A DNA stretch of 64,000 bases, from assembly GCA_012295275.1 (NCBI GenBank), contig CM022670.1:6820001-6884000 (forward strand), read 5' to 3'. The stretch comes from Chrysomallon squamiferum. Taxonomy: Eukaryota; Animalia; Mollusca. This document shows positions 1 to 14,039 of this stretch, piece after piece (the stretch's first letter is position 1; every line of letters begins with the position of its first letter). The notes beneath the pieces are model-generated. The model saw only the letters and a program-made list of their open reading frames with translations. It ran no database searches and was not told the DNA's origin. The position numbers and the translations under genes were made by a program.

Positions 1-511
1 ACGTAAAGTAATGTAATGTAACTTCGGACGACTAAATATACACAGAATCCCTGTGACCAGAAAAAAAAACACCACCAATCGTAATGGCACAATTGAATTA
101 ACCAGCCTTTTGTGGTCAATGACCCAAACATTTATTTAGAGTGATTTTCATTCTCTAGTCTTTGCCCGTGGATAATAATATTTTCATACGTCTGAACGTT
201 TTCAATTAGCCACTTTAAGCGGTGGTTAGTTCAGAGCTGTTGACTGTTCACCACTTGTAACACGTCTTCGAGATCATCGTTCAGGATGTCTGACTTTTTT
301 TTTCACAACTAGGGGAAAATTGTCCTCTTTGAGGTGAACACAGAGAAAATTATCTGCTACAGGTTGTAACGTCAATGAAGTTTAACACGTGTTTAAGAAG
401 AAGAGAAATGATTCTGTCTTGTAGGTGAAGACGGCTGATCGATTAGAGCGACCCCTGGGAGTGTCGTCTGCAGGTTTCCTGTCACAGTGCATTGTTTACA
501 AGAGTAACAGT

Positions 512-677
512 TAATACTGAAATAGTGAGTAGAAGTAATACTGAAATAGTGAGTAGAAGTAATACTGAAATAGTGAGTATAAGTAATACTGAAATAGTGA
601 ATAGAAGCAATACTGAAATAGTGAGTAGAAGCAATACTGAAATAGCAAGTCGAAGTAATACTGAAATAGTAAGTAGA
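512..677. repeat. 24-bp minisatellite (AGTAATACTGAAATAGTGAGTAGA), about 7 copies
   Basis: Directly visible tandem units; they produce the SNTEIVSR repeat ORF at 492..791. Confidence 0.9.
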
Positions 678-792
678 TATAATACAAACAGCAGATTTCC
701 TCTCTCAGATCTTACTAGACACGTGAAATTAGTACCAGTATTATTAAAAAGAGTAAGCAAAAGGAATAGAAACAGCATATTTCCTTTCTGAA

Positions 793-975
<183 letters not shown>

Positions 976-1718
976 TTTATATACTTATTACATATTCGTA
1001 ATAATCATTAATATTAAAATGTGCTTGTTTTCTAGTTTCATAATATAAATTCAGTGAATGACTAAGATCTTCAGCTGGTGTTGGGAACGTCGAATCTTAC
1101 ACGCAGATGTTAGCTAATTGACTTTTGCTTATCTCCCTGTCTTTTATTTCATCTAACAGCTTCTCTGAACAATTCAGATCTTTTGGTCTCTATTTTGTTT
1201 ATTATTTCTTCTGGCGATTTCACTAAATAGCTAAGGTATTGGGAATTCTAAACACGTGACCTTCAGCTGGTTGACCTTTGCTTTCTACTTTTATCCATCC
1301 CCTTTTTTTTCGTGTGTGTGATAACTTCAACACACGTCCAGGTGTCTGGTAGGTGCTGGGATATCTAAATCCAAACACATTTCCACATCATCAGGTCAGA
1401 TCAGTCTGGTTATCGAAACTGACAGTTCGGTCATCAGCGCAAGGAAAAACGAGAAAACCGTGATGATGAATCAAGTGTAAAACGTTGCTCGTAGAAGTCA
1501 TTTTTACCAGTTGACCGGACGCTGGGTTAACTGTCCGGCGGAAATACACCGACCACGATATAACCTACTAATCGCCAGCGTCATTAAAAATAGATGACTG
1601 GACCACGGAACTGTTTTATTTTTAAAATTACAACTCAGCTTGCTGGTACTTACGTGAAACGTACTGCCCAGTGCGTGCGACCTCTTTCGTCGTTCACAAA
1701 AGCAAATCAATTACTCAC

Positions 1719-1742
1719 GTGTTTGATTTTATTTCGTTTCCA
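1719..1742 (-). CDS. Candidate 24-nt second exon of the divergent gene (S-GNEIKSN-T)
   Basis: The minus strand reads gttttgttaacag|TGGAAACGAAATAAAATCAAACAC|gtgagtaa. It is open in phase 2 and completes a plausible signal-peptidase site (V-S-G/N). No homology support. Confidence 0.3.
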
Positions 1743-1817
1743 CTGTTAACAAAACTATTTCAATATTCTGGATTTTCTGATAATGTTAGTTTACAAATAT
1801 TCACCTAATATTAATAA

Positions 1818-1853
<36 letters not shown>

Positions 1854-3400
1854 CTGTTTTTGTTTGGTGTCAAACAAGATTATATTTGATGGACTACAAA
1901 TCAAGCGAAAAAAAGTGCTTCAATAACAAAATAATCGAGAGGTGATTCCAGTGGACGTTATCACGTTTATGATTGCCCTGAGTTGACGCCAGGCACAGAG
2001 TCAGTTTTCTGCAAGTAATTATACGTGTAGAAAGATTTCTGTCCACACTGTCAGTTGGTTAGTCCGCACGTCTGTTTGAAATACTTCGTCCATCTGCTTG
2101 TTGACATTCATTTGTATATTAACGTACACAGCTGTCACCACAGAGAGATACACAGTTATATATCATACATACGTACAAACCAAACAAACACGGATACACA
2201 AATACATTTGTGCATTATGTATGTAGGTATGTTATGGTTTGTTTGGATGTATGTAAATGTGTATTTCTATCTTACAGCTGTTTACGTTTATATATATATA
2301 TATAATGACGATGATGATGATGATAATAATAATAATAACAATATATTTATGACCACTGAAAACAAGCGTGTAAACTATGAATGCAGTTACAGACATTTAT
2401 CTTCATTAGTTGTTGTTTTTTTTGTTTGTGTTCAGGCCACCTGAGTTTCGTCAGGTTTTTTCAGTCTGTGTTGAGAATCTGACTCAGTGCAGACACAAAA
2501 CGCATGTAATTCATTTTGTCTCCCAAACAAACGTGTAGGTACATCATCAGATAATCCATAATTTCAGTATAAGTTTCTTTTGCTTTTTTATATAAATAAC
2601 ATCATCGTTGTCGTCATCATCACCTCATCATAGTTTTTAAAATCATCATCGTCTTCTCTACCTCTACTAGTATTATCATCATGCTTATAATCATCATCGA
2701 CATCATATCAACCACTATCACTATATCACTACCGTTATGATCATTATCATAATTATCATCATATTCATCATTATCCTAATCTTTATCTTCTGATTCCCAT
2801 CATCTCTGCTGTCATCTTTATCACCATTACATCATCATCAACAACGTCATCATTATTACCTTTTCAATCACTGAGAAGTAACTCAAACGAAATCATCATG
2901 ATTTATTTCTATTTCTTTTTTTCCTGTTTCTTTCTGTCAAGAATTTGTAATCAGGAATGGTAAAATAATACGTGGCTCAAAGAAAGTGCCATTTTTTTAT
3001 TTTTTTTATTTTCTTAGGAAATACGTAAATTTTCATTTAAAAGTGTATGCTAAGGACAATGATGTTGACAGGAATAAAGAAACAAATGAACATTAACGAT
3101 GATGAATAATAACATTTACGACTACTCTGACAAAAACAAATTAGTACTTGTAGCATAGCAGTTATTAGTAGCAATACTAGTAAAAATAATAGTACAAATA
3201 ACAGTATTAGTTTAATTAGTATTAATATGGTAGTTATGTTAATCGTAATAATCCTAAAAGCAATAATAGTTATTATAACAATAAGGCAATAATATTAAAA
3301 CTTCATATTTTTATTAACAAATTTAAATCGGTACTTTTTTTCATTTTAATAAGGTTTCTTTCTGATTCGTTTTGTAGATGTAGAAACGGCACCAGTAAAG

Positions 3401-3443
<43 letters not shown>

Positions 3444-4450
3444 TCGTGAAATCCCAGTCAATCAATGGCCTAAAAGATTAAATATTTGCCAGATATAATT
3501 ACCTTTGTGTCAGCCATTTATCTTTTCTAATCTTGCCCACGATCATTTACAATTAACAACTTGCCGCTTTTCCATTTTCACCAGTGGAAACCCTAAGGCT
3601 GTTATCGACCTTACATAAAACATGAAAATGATTCTGTGGTGTGAGATTATCAATGTGACGAGTAGAATTAATATTATACTCTGTCTTCCTATGTCTGTTA
3701 TCACACGAACCCCTCTGTCTCTCCTCGTCCCGCAGTTTGAAGGGTGAATGACAAAAAAAAAGTTAAAAAATTACGAACTATGTAAGAAGATTGTAGGGTT
3801 TCGTGAAGTCGCAGTTTGTTAAAAAGTCAATAGAGTTAATAAATATACGTTTTGTCGTAATGGTGTGTTTTGAGAAAGCGTGTCAAGGATAAAAAAAAGA
3901 TTTTGGAAATAATTTCAGTGATTAAGATGAATAGATATTTGAAATTATATATGTTGATGATAGTAATACAAAACTGTTTTTCTATTTTTATTTTGTTTTT
4001 TGTAAATCAGTTAATAATCCTTATTCTGATTGTTTTTTTCTTCTTAAAGTCTTTCGACCCTCCTTCCTTTTTCTTTCTTTCTTTCTTTCTTCCCGTATTT
4101 CTTTTCTTTCTTTTTACTTACCTTCTTTTTCTTCTTTTTCTCACATATTACAACAAGTCAATCGAATATTGTTGTTTGGTGAATAACAATATTTCTCAGA
4201 ATTTGTTAAAACAAAATTGACTATCATTATCAAAACAGAACATTGCAGGAAACAATATATTCCAGTACGAACTGAATGAGATCACACCACACGAAATCAA
4301 TCGAAATAAACCCGTTTTATAAAACCGTTATAGATATAATTACTTTTACTAAAACTATCATAAAAGGACTTTTATAGAGTTCTGTGATCAGAGAGATAAC
4401 ATTCTATAACAGAAATACAATTTCACAAATCTAAAAACGAATGCAATGCC

Positions 4451-4610
4451 ATTTATTTAACGACCTCTTAAAAAATATTATTATGAGAAATTATAAATCA
4501 CATATTTCGTTAGTAATGATGTTGAAAAGAAAGGAAACCCGCTGACACTCTATTGGCTGCTGTTATTGATTACCTAGCTATATGGGATTTTTGTATTTTT
4601 CCAGAGGAGA
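4451..4610 (-). mobile_element. Decayed SINE-like fragment (3' half)
   Basis: Shares TTTAACGAC and GGAAACCCGCTG blocks with the copies at about 19845-20120 and 20560-20740. Confidence 0.45.
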
Positions 4611-4724
4611 GCAGTTGTCGGGCGTTTTATTACCTGCAACAACAATGTTGTCAAGGCACAGTATTTTAGAAATTTAGGAGAAATCATATGATGAAAAAAA
4701 AAAATCTAAACTAGGAATAATAAT

Positions 4725-4809
<85 letters not shown>

Positions 4810-6310
4810 TAAAGTTAGAAACATCCAGACAGATGAATCAAGCAGGTAAAATTGTTTAATTACGTTAATGATGAATAACGTGACTTTATACTCAGAAATA
4901 CAACATTTAATAACGTAAATGCAGCACAATCAGCTAAGTAAAAGACGAATTATCCAACTTCCAAGACAGACGGACGCCTGGGGACCTCAGCGTCGTAGTA
5001 TTAAATACACACACACATACACACTCACACATACACACAAACATACACACAAATATGTTTTAGCATGTATTTATTTTTTGCGTTCATTTCTCTGCAGTTA
5101 TCTCATTAAAAATTCGTTATCTTCGTTTTAAATACACACACATACACATATATAAACACACACACACACATACTTTAAACACACACTCACACATAGATAT
5201 AAACACACACACATATAGAAATAAACATACACACACACACACATATATAAAGAAAAAAGATGGACAAATTAAAAACAATTGCACATATTAAGAAAATAAA
5301 CAACATCAATAACCACAAAAATAAATAATATAAAGAAACATGGACTGAAGAAAAAAGATGTAATGGAAATTTGTTGTTTGAAAATGTTATTACATCGCAA
5401 TTTAAATCCTGTTTTCAAGCATGAAGAAGTTATTATTATTAATATTATTAATCTTTTTTTATCTGGAAATTTAGTTTTTACTGCGGCAGAATTTTATCTG
5501 AGTTTGCAAACGTAATACAGTTATGCACGCCTACATGCATATTCGAAACAAAACGATACACGCGAGAATAAAATGAAATGTCTTTTTATTCGTTTTTTTT
5601 ATTTTTTTTTATTGATTTATTAAAATTTTAAAATAGTATCTTGGAGATAACGAATTTTGAACGGGTAATAAGATAACGAGAGAAAAATTAAGACAAAATA
5701 ATTACACGTTAAAACGTGAAGCAGAATGAAATTGTTTAAGAGGACGAAGAAGTAACTCGGAGAAAGAGAAAAAGAAAAACAAAAAAAGAAAGAAAAAACG
5801 TCAGAGACACAAAAAGAAAGATCAAAGATAAAGAATGGAAACAAAACGACGAAGGAAGAATGAATGAGAGAAAGAAAGATGAACAAGAAAGAAGAAAACA
5901 AACATAAAAAAATAAAGAAGGAAAGAAGGAAAACACATTTAATGATTGAAAGAAAAGACGAATAAAGCCAGCATGTAAGAAGAAGGGAATACTGATAGTG
6001 AAAGGATGGAAAGAAAGAAAAAGAAGCAGAGCGATGGAATCGACAAAGAAAGAAAAGAAAAAAGAATGGAAAGAAATATGGAGGATAAAAAAGGAAAAAG
6101 AGAGATTGTAAAAGAATATCCAATTGAAGATACACAAATAACAAATTAATTTAGTTACCTACTCACTTAAAGAAAGAATCAATAAATCATAATCAAACCT
6201 CTATGAGCAAATTTGTTTTGAAAACGTAGTTAAAAAGAGTAAGATTCAGATATATAAATGACAGTGTAGTAACAGAAGTTACGTGAAATAAAGACAAATG
6301 GCAGTCTTAC

Positions 6311-6357
6311 CTTACTAGCAGAAAGAAGAAAACGGAGATATTCCAAAACGTCTTCAT
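6311..6357 (-). CDS. Putative first coding exon of a divergently transcribed secreted or membrane protein gene (signal peptide MKTFWNISVFFFLLV-)
   Basis: The minus strand reads GAC ATG AAG ACG TTT TGG AAT ATC TCC GTT TTC TTC TTT CTG CTA GTA AG|GTAAGA. This gives a basic N-terminus, a hydrophobic core and a consensus donor; 47 nt, phase 2. The ~590 nt upstream are depleted of ATG and lead to a promoter-motif cluster. Confidence 0.65.
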
Positions 6358-6719
6358 GTCAATCGATTCACAAGACGAGAGAGAGATAAAAAAAAAGAAA
6401 TAAAAAAAATTAAAGGAACTATTCTTCCAATATTCCCCGTCTCTTTTGATTAATTCTCCAGTACTATAATTTTTCACCTTGTACAGTTTGCTGTCAGACG
6501 GTGTTAATAATCTACGTTAGTAAGTAATTTTCAGTTTGTTTGGTAGCGGAGATGTTTCTTACATTGTCAACTCGCTTGTTGCTGGTCTAGTCTTTTTTTC
6601 GAAACCGGAGTAGAACACGAGCTGGAGTTATTGTCTGATAACTGAAGTCTGAGATTCTCTCGACAGGTGATAAATGGAGGACGGTGCAGATCTGAATCGA
6701 ATGGCACTGACAGAAGAAT

Positions 6720-6990
6720 CGTCTTTCAATGGGCCTCCCCACCTCGCCGCTCTTTCTCAGTTATTGCGCGATGTCGGTCAATATCTTAAGCGATTTTCTG
6801 TGGCCGCTGGTTCGCTCGAGTAATTGGTGTGCACTGCCTGTCGGCGGTTCTCGGCACTCGCTCGAATTCCACCCTCGGTTACAGGATGCCGTGTTTTTGG
6901 CACGTGCTTAATTGAACGTTGATTTCCAATTGGTGGAGAATGCTGTTGTCATGGCCACGTGACGCGGAAGTAGATGGCAGGCAGGTGTGG
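6720..6990 (-). promoter_or_regulatory. CpG-rich promoter-like island of the divergent gene
   Basis: CACGTG at 6901 and 6956, palindromic CCAATTGG at 6926-6933, X-box-like GTTGTCATGGCCAC at 6945-6958, ETS CGGAAGT at 6965-6971 and CTCF/YY1-like AGTAGATGGCAG at 6969-6980. Confidence 0.55.
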
Positions 6991-7543
6991 TTTAAGTTTG
7001 TGTAAATGGTAAGAAGAAGAAGGAGGAGAACATCTTACGTTAATCTTACAGAACGAAAGTTAGAAACCTGATGACGTCTCCAGCCAATAATGGCGTAATA
7101 AAATGTATTTTCTTTCTTTTGCTTAAAAACGTCAATATTTTCAACAGAATTAGATTTCTGAATAACATGTCTGGGACAGTAGAATGCAGCACGGTTATAT
7201 TTCCCAATCCAACCGAAGTCTCGAGATTGTCAGAACAAAAAATTCCCATCATGACAAATTGTACGAAAAATGTCTTCAAACACGCTTTCCCTGTCACTGC
7301 TTAGACATGGATACAAAACAACTGGCATTCAACTGTTAACCGTAGCAGAAGAAAATTGTTTTATAATGTATCTTCAATGTAGACAGTTCAAATCACCGAG
7401 GAATAATAATGACAGGTAAAATTTATGTTTTCTGAAATTGCACGGACGTGATTGCAGTGTATGACACATTTATGTCTGATGAAGATAAATAAACGATTGA
7501 AACGTCAATGAATGATGTTCATTAGGTTTTTGGAATATTCTGA

Positions 7544-7589
<46 letters not shown>

Positions 7590-9309
7590 TATAGATTTAA
7601 ATTTATTTTTGTTCATATCTCGTTCTTTTAATATTTTTTCTTATTCTTGTCTTTATATTTATTTTCGTATTTTCTTTTCATCTTTAATTTTTGTAGTTTT
7701 TTTTTATAGCTTTTTTAATTTTTAATTTATTTTTTATTTTGTTGTTTTACTTGTTTTCATTTCTGCTGTTTAATACTGTAACAGAGCAAATTGATGAACA
7801 GACAACTAATATAATATTTTACTCTTAATTAAATAAACCTTCACACATCTGAACAATTATTTACAGACACACGTAACTGACAATAAACCTGATTTCTCAA
7901 CTGTAAGGCAAAAACACAGTTAATATTGTATTGAATTCTGTTAATTTAACACTGTCAACTTTTTTCGTTATTCTATTATTGTCGAAAACGTCTTTGACTT
8001 TATTTTACGTTCTAATTTTTAAAATTCTTCTTCTTTTATAATTTACTCACATTTGTCTGTCCATATGTCCTTCGATTTGTCCATCCGTTCATCCAACCAT
8101 CCATCCATCCGTCCGTCTCTCAGATTATTTATCTGCCAATATTTCTGTTGTTTGTATCTCTATATATGTTTGTGTAGTAAATAATAATTATATAAATATG
8201 TGTGCAGATCTTTTTATGTACGAGTGTTTTTGATATATGTTATTGTTTGTATTTATTTTATTTCATTTTACTGTATTATATTTTTCTTTTAGTGTACTTT
8301 ATTCATTTATTTATTTATTTATTTATTAGTTGTCTCAGATCACTGTGACATCGACAGCAAACCTCTCAAGGCATGTTTATTTGACTGAAGACCTCCCGTT
8401 GTTTAATTATTAGTTTTTAATCGTGGGAGAGAGCAAACTTTGAGAGAAAAAAATCTCTCGACGACATGTCGACGAAGTGAGATCCCTGTAGGTGCGTTCT
8501 CATAGCATTATCTTTCTATCAGTCTCCAGCATCTCTCAGATGTGCTTTGAATATTGCATGCCAGCGGCAGTTTGCAGCTAATAATTTCTAGCGTGTAACG
8601 GATGGTTTGACGTTTCGAGAAGTGTTTTCATGCAGTGACCAAGGCTATGGTAAATTGCGTACGTCAAAACTGAGAGTCCGGTGAAGGAAGAAAACAGTTT
8701 GATTTTTTCTTTTTTTGTATTCATAACGAGGCTTTCGTCAAAGCTCGACGGCGACGCGAGAGTCATTGGAAGAAATTGCGACTCCTTTCGTTTCACGTAA
8801 CTGGATTTTAAACGTAATCTCGTAACTTGTTTTCTGAGAGTTAAAGTATCAACCATTGTCATCGTGGAATACATTCGTGTCTGTTTTCAGTGATGTCATT
8901 ATCACTGTTAATATATACTAGGTGTTTCAAAAACATATCACACACACGCACACACGCACAGTACACACACACACACGTGAATGGTGTGGAGTGTAGGATA
9001 CTGTTAAAACACTTATTTAAGTTTTCAAGGCAGCAGGATCAATACTCTTCTGGTTATGTATTTGGCTGTTTTCTCTTTTTGTCCAATGCTCCGTAACAGG
9101 TGAATCATGCACCATATTATTAACCATGCTGTTAAGATCTATGCCGAGAAAGTCTTAATACATACCTGCTAATGGTTCGTTAATTGAATATTTCTTAATT
9201 CAGTGAGAAATACACAGACGTAGTTTTGAATGTATCAGATAAAACAAAATGCTTAACAAAGAATATTCACTATTTTGAAGACAAGGATATTTAATAGGGT
9301 TATTTATAA

Positions 9310-9662
9310 AATAATGAAATCTAGAATAATAATTATCATGAAATGTAAAATGTTTATCATGAGTTCTAGAATTAAAAAAATCTAAAATATATAACTATTA
9401 TGGAATCTAAAGTATATATTATGAATTCTAGAATGTTTAGTATATTTTGAAATGTGAAGTATTTATTAGGTATTCTAGAACATTTAGTACAACGAAATCT
9501 AGAGTAAAAAAAAATAAAATCTAATGAATCTAGAATAAATAAAATTATATTATGAAATCTAAAGTATTTGTTGCAAATTATAGAATTTTAGTACAGTGAA
9601 GTCTAGCATAAAATATAATTATCATCAAATGTAAAGTATTTATCACGAATTTCTAGAATATT
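9310..9662. repeat. Degenerate AT-rich tandem repeat with recurring GAAATCTAGAAT / TATCATGAAATGTAAA
   Basis: Many TCTAGA and TCTAAA cores at short, irregular spacing; the unit is not cleanly resolvable by eye. Confidence 0.65.
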
Positions 9663-10646
9663 TAACATCGGGGCGTACAGCGATGATAAAAAAACGTATT
9701 TATTAACGTCACTTCAGGCGCCTGCCGACACATTGCGAAATCGCTGCAGTCGTTAAGACTTTAAATTGGTCCTAATAGGAAACTTCTGAATGTAAATATC
9801 GCTGTATAATCGCCTCGCAAAAAAATTCACCAACTGCACCGAGCAGACGGCAACCAGACGCTGCATTAAATCAAGTTATATAAGAAAGAAAAAGAAAAAA
9901 AAAAAAAAAAAAAAAAAAAAAATGAAGAGTAATAAATTTACTATTCGTCTCCTACTGAACGATTTGCCGGATGTTTTTCACATCGAGGTTTGTTGTGTGA
10001 TTACGGAAGACCGTTATGACATATAAAGTCCACTGATGTCGAAAATACGAATTCCGGTTATTTTTGATGTCGTTATTACTATTCAGTGCGTTGAATATAT
10101 CCATGCAGTCATTGCATTTATAAATAGATTTATGTGTGTGTGTGTGTGGGGAAACAGTTATAGAATATATGAATTTTGGCTAGATAGCTGTAAATTTGTT
10201 TATGTGTGTGTATCTGAGTGTTTGTCTGTTTAAATCTACGTTCTTAGTCACGTTTTAATCTTGGTCTGCAGAGACTGTCATGTTTGAAAACAATACGTTA
10301 CATTTCACTCTTTTGTTTTCTTTTCATTATTCAGCGATGAATTCAAAACAACAGTTTTTCTTTCCGCTGTTTTCGACATTACGGCTCAGATGTAGAACAA
10401 ATTTCAGACAATGTTGATGCTGACGTAACTTAAACAATTTCTATGAAACATGACCTTTGATGTTATAGTTAGGGTAATTTGTTTTTTTTTTCACAAATAA
10501 AGAAAGTAATAGATTCAGATCTCAGTGACTGCCTGTATAAATAATGTGGATTGAAAAATGACGTAACAGAATCTTGTTCGTGTTTTGTCATTGTTATGAG
10601 TTTATTACATATGTGTGTGTGTGTGTGTGTGTGTTTGCGTGTGTGC

Positions 10647-10683
<37 letters not shown>

Positions 10684-11713
10684 GATGGATAGATAGATAC
10701 ACATGAAAATTTTAAAAGCAAATTACATGTAACATCAAATATTATTCAGCATGTCTCCTTCACGGCCAATTTTTAATATTTTTTATTATTATTTGTTTAA
10801 ATATATAAATCAATAAGTTTGCATTTTCTGCTCAATTCAGTCTTGTTTAGATGAATAAATAAATAAATTATAATACATTTTATAGCTTGTTAGTGTTTTT
10901 GTGCTGATTTCAGATTCTCAAGGACAAACAATTATTGTTTATATTTTGACAGTATCAATTACTTTCTGTCTGCTATTTGAAATATTAAACAATTTTAGAT
11001 TTTTAATTGATCAAAGTAATTAAAACAAGAAATATCGAGAGATTTTTTCTAACTGACACACCAAGAACTGTTTCTTTGAACACTCGACGACAAGAATAAT
11101 AACACAATGCAGCTCTGAGAATTGGTACAGTATCAGGTATTCCGGACACTGTTTACTCTGGACGTTTTTCTTGACCTAGGTTCCGAAACACTGACTGACG
11201 ATCATGTTAAACAGACACCGGACACCTCTCAATAAACACCGAGCGTTTTGTACAAGAAGAATCGACAGTGAGGAGAGTACACAGAATCAATGACATCACA
11301 AATGAAAACCAAACACGCAGTTCAAACATTATTTCTTCAGTAAAGTTTATTTCTGTTGAAACCCGCAAAGGCTAGTTCACTGTCCTTTTCGTTCGGGTGT
11401 TTAAATAATTTCTCATTGCTGTCTTTTTCGTTTATAAATTTGTCATTTTAAAATTGAAAGTGAAAATTAATATAGGAAACAAATACGCATTTTAATAACA
11501 GACAAAAGATTATTTTGGAGATGGTGCTAATAACTACAACAACAACACAGTTATAACAACAACAATGCAACTGCCACTACTACTGCTAGTACTACTACTA
11601 TTAATAATAATAAGAACAACAACGATAACAATAATAAATAATCTACATTGTAATTTTCATGAAAACTAAGTTGTCTTTTTCGTGTCAACAACAACAACAA
11701 AAACAACAACAAC

Positions 11714-11768
<55 letters not shown>

Positions 11769-14039
11769 CTGTCATGAAAATTACGTTGTCTTTTTCGCAT
11801 CATCAATTTCAGGCGAAAATAAAGAATGACTATTATTATTATAACTGTCTTGCAGTATTTATTATTATTACATGTACGTGATGTTCTGTTATTACATATT
11901 TGAGATATTACTCAGACAATGTTTTGTAATGGCTACATTAAGTGTTTCAGACGTGTTATAAAATGTAGATCTTAGACCTTATGTTTAAATGTTACTGATA
12001 GAATGAAACACATAATACAGTACATAGAAATTATACCTGTACAACACGTTAACAAAAATATACACAGACATGATGCAATACAAATACATATCTATTTAGA
12101 CACTGATGAAGGTATACAAACATACATACATATATACATACATACATACATGCATGCATACATACATACATACATTCATCATATATACATATACAAACAT
12201 AGACATACATATTTACATACATACATACACATACATAAACATATTTACATACATAAATACATACATACATACATACATACATACACACACAAATACATAC
12301 CAGTACGTTCCGGAAAATGTTGTCTATGTGCAGAATCTAATCAGACGTGACACAGATAATATTCAAATCCTAAAATATACATACGTACACACGTACATAC
12401 ACACACACTCACACATACATATAAAATATCAAATTAAGCCAATATCGAGCATAAGACAAAACATCCAGTCCTTTAGACTTGGTTTCTGATAAAAATTATT
12501 TAACAAAATAAAGAGCCACCCGGGAGCGGTTATTTGCAAACATCTGATGTGAAATTCTTTTCAAACTGGAGAAGACGGATTTTATCATTGTGTATTATCA
12601 TTATTCTGCCGTATTCTGCTTTAGTCTACAGTAAATGGAAAAAAATGTTCTTGTTGTTTTGAGTACTTAAAGGACACTGTACAAGTGGAAATCAATGAGG
12701 AAAGAAAAACATCACTCTGTGACCATTAATACATGGAGAATCCTTTCAGTGAAAAGATCTTTTCAGAGAGCGTCTTGCTTGCCTTGATTACCGGTTATTT
12801 CAACAACAAATGGGCAATTTTCCCAGTGTCGTATCATCACTGCACTTTAAGAAAACCCTCACACGTTTACTGTTCCATATATATTTAGATGAGCGAGATG
12901 GAGGAAATTGTAACGTTCCGCAGCAGAATATCAAATATGCAATATGCCATAAACTGAGCGTTTTATTAGGCCATCGGTAATTCGAGAATTATTTTCCATA
13001 TTTCGCCCGGCAATAAAATTGTAGCGTATGATTCCGCGTTGAATGAGGCTCATTGCCAATCCAGGGTATCTGCGTAAATCAAAGCAAAAGTGGAAAAGAC
13101 CAAGATTTGTTATTATTGAAAGAACCTTTAGCGGGCTCTTATTATCTGTGTTACGTTGATATATGGCTGCAGTCAGCGACTGTGTTTGCCTTGAAGACAA
13201 ATTTAAGCCGATATTGAGAAGTTAAAGCTGAATAGGAGGCGAAAGTTAAATGAATTTATCTAATTGAAAGAGTTCAAATAAAAGACCAGCGTGAATTTAA
13301 ATTGTCGACATTAGTTATCATCATTTTCTTCTGTATTCTTGGAATCGTTTCTTCTTCTTTTTTTATTTATTTATTATTTTTTATTTATTTATTTAAATTT
13401 CCGTGTCTTTCTTCTTCTTCTTCTTCTTCTTCTTCTTCTTCTCGCTTGTTTCTATTATTCTCCATTTTTTTCTTTTTTTCTTTTTACATATTTTCCGTTT
13501 TATCTCCCTTCATCTTCTCAATCTGTTTTTGATTTTGTTTTTATTATTGTTTTTCATTTAATAGCAAATAACTAATAAGCTTTTAATGAAGAAACTTTGA
13601 ACGAGATTACGATTTATAAGCCAAGGGAGTTCACAAATATTATCTGGCTTTGGAAGTATCAACATAAAATCGTTTTACAGTTTAGTAATTTGATCTAATG
13701 ATCTGGGATTTTGTAAGATTTTCTTTTAAACCGAAACTCTTGTGATGCGTAAACATGGAATAAAACTTTCGAGTTTCTTGCTAATATTGCCATACAGAAA
13801 AAATAATAAAAATAAAAAAAAAAAAAAAAAAATAATAATAACAAAAAAAATAATAAAAAATAATATTAATAAAAGAATAATAATAATAATATAATAATAA
13901 TAATAAAAATAAAAATAATAATAATAATAATAACTTTTTTATTTAAAAGATGTTTTTAATATCGTCATTTGTATTTTGAAAATAAGTGTCAGTGAGAAGT
14001 TAAAGGTACAGCAGTAGAATGTTAGTAACGTAAGCAGAT

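Noticed and set aside
492-791. ORF with SNTEIVSR repeats
   Set aside because: It is a by-product of a 24-bp minisatellite that is open on both strands, and it probably lies in an intron of the divergent gene.
4573-4633. Minus-strand acceptor/donor pair as an alternative exon 2 of the divergent gene
   Set aside because: In phase 2 it gives AGG then TAA (an immediate stop), and it overlaps a SINE-like fragment.
5620-6144. Hydrophobic Phe/Leu/Ser-rich minus-strand ORFs that look like membrane proteins
   Set aside because: These are translations of a purine/pyrimidine-skewed low-complexity tract directly downstream of the 6310 donor, so they are intronic.
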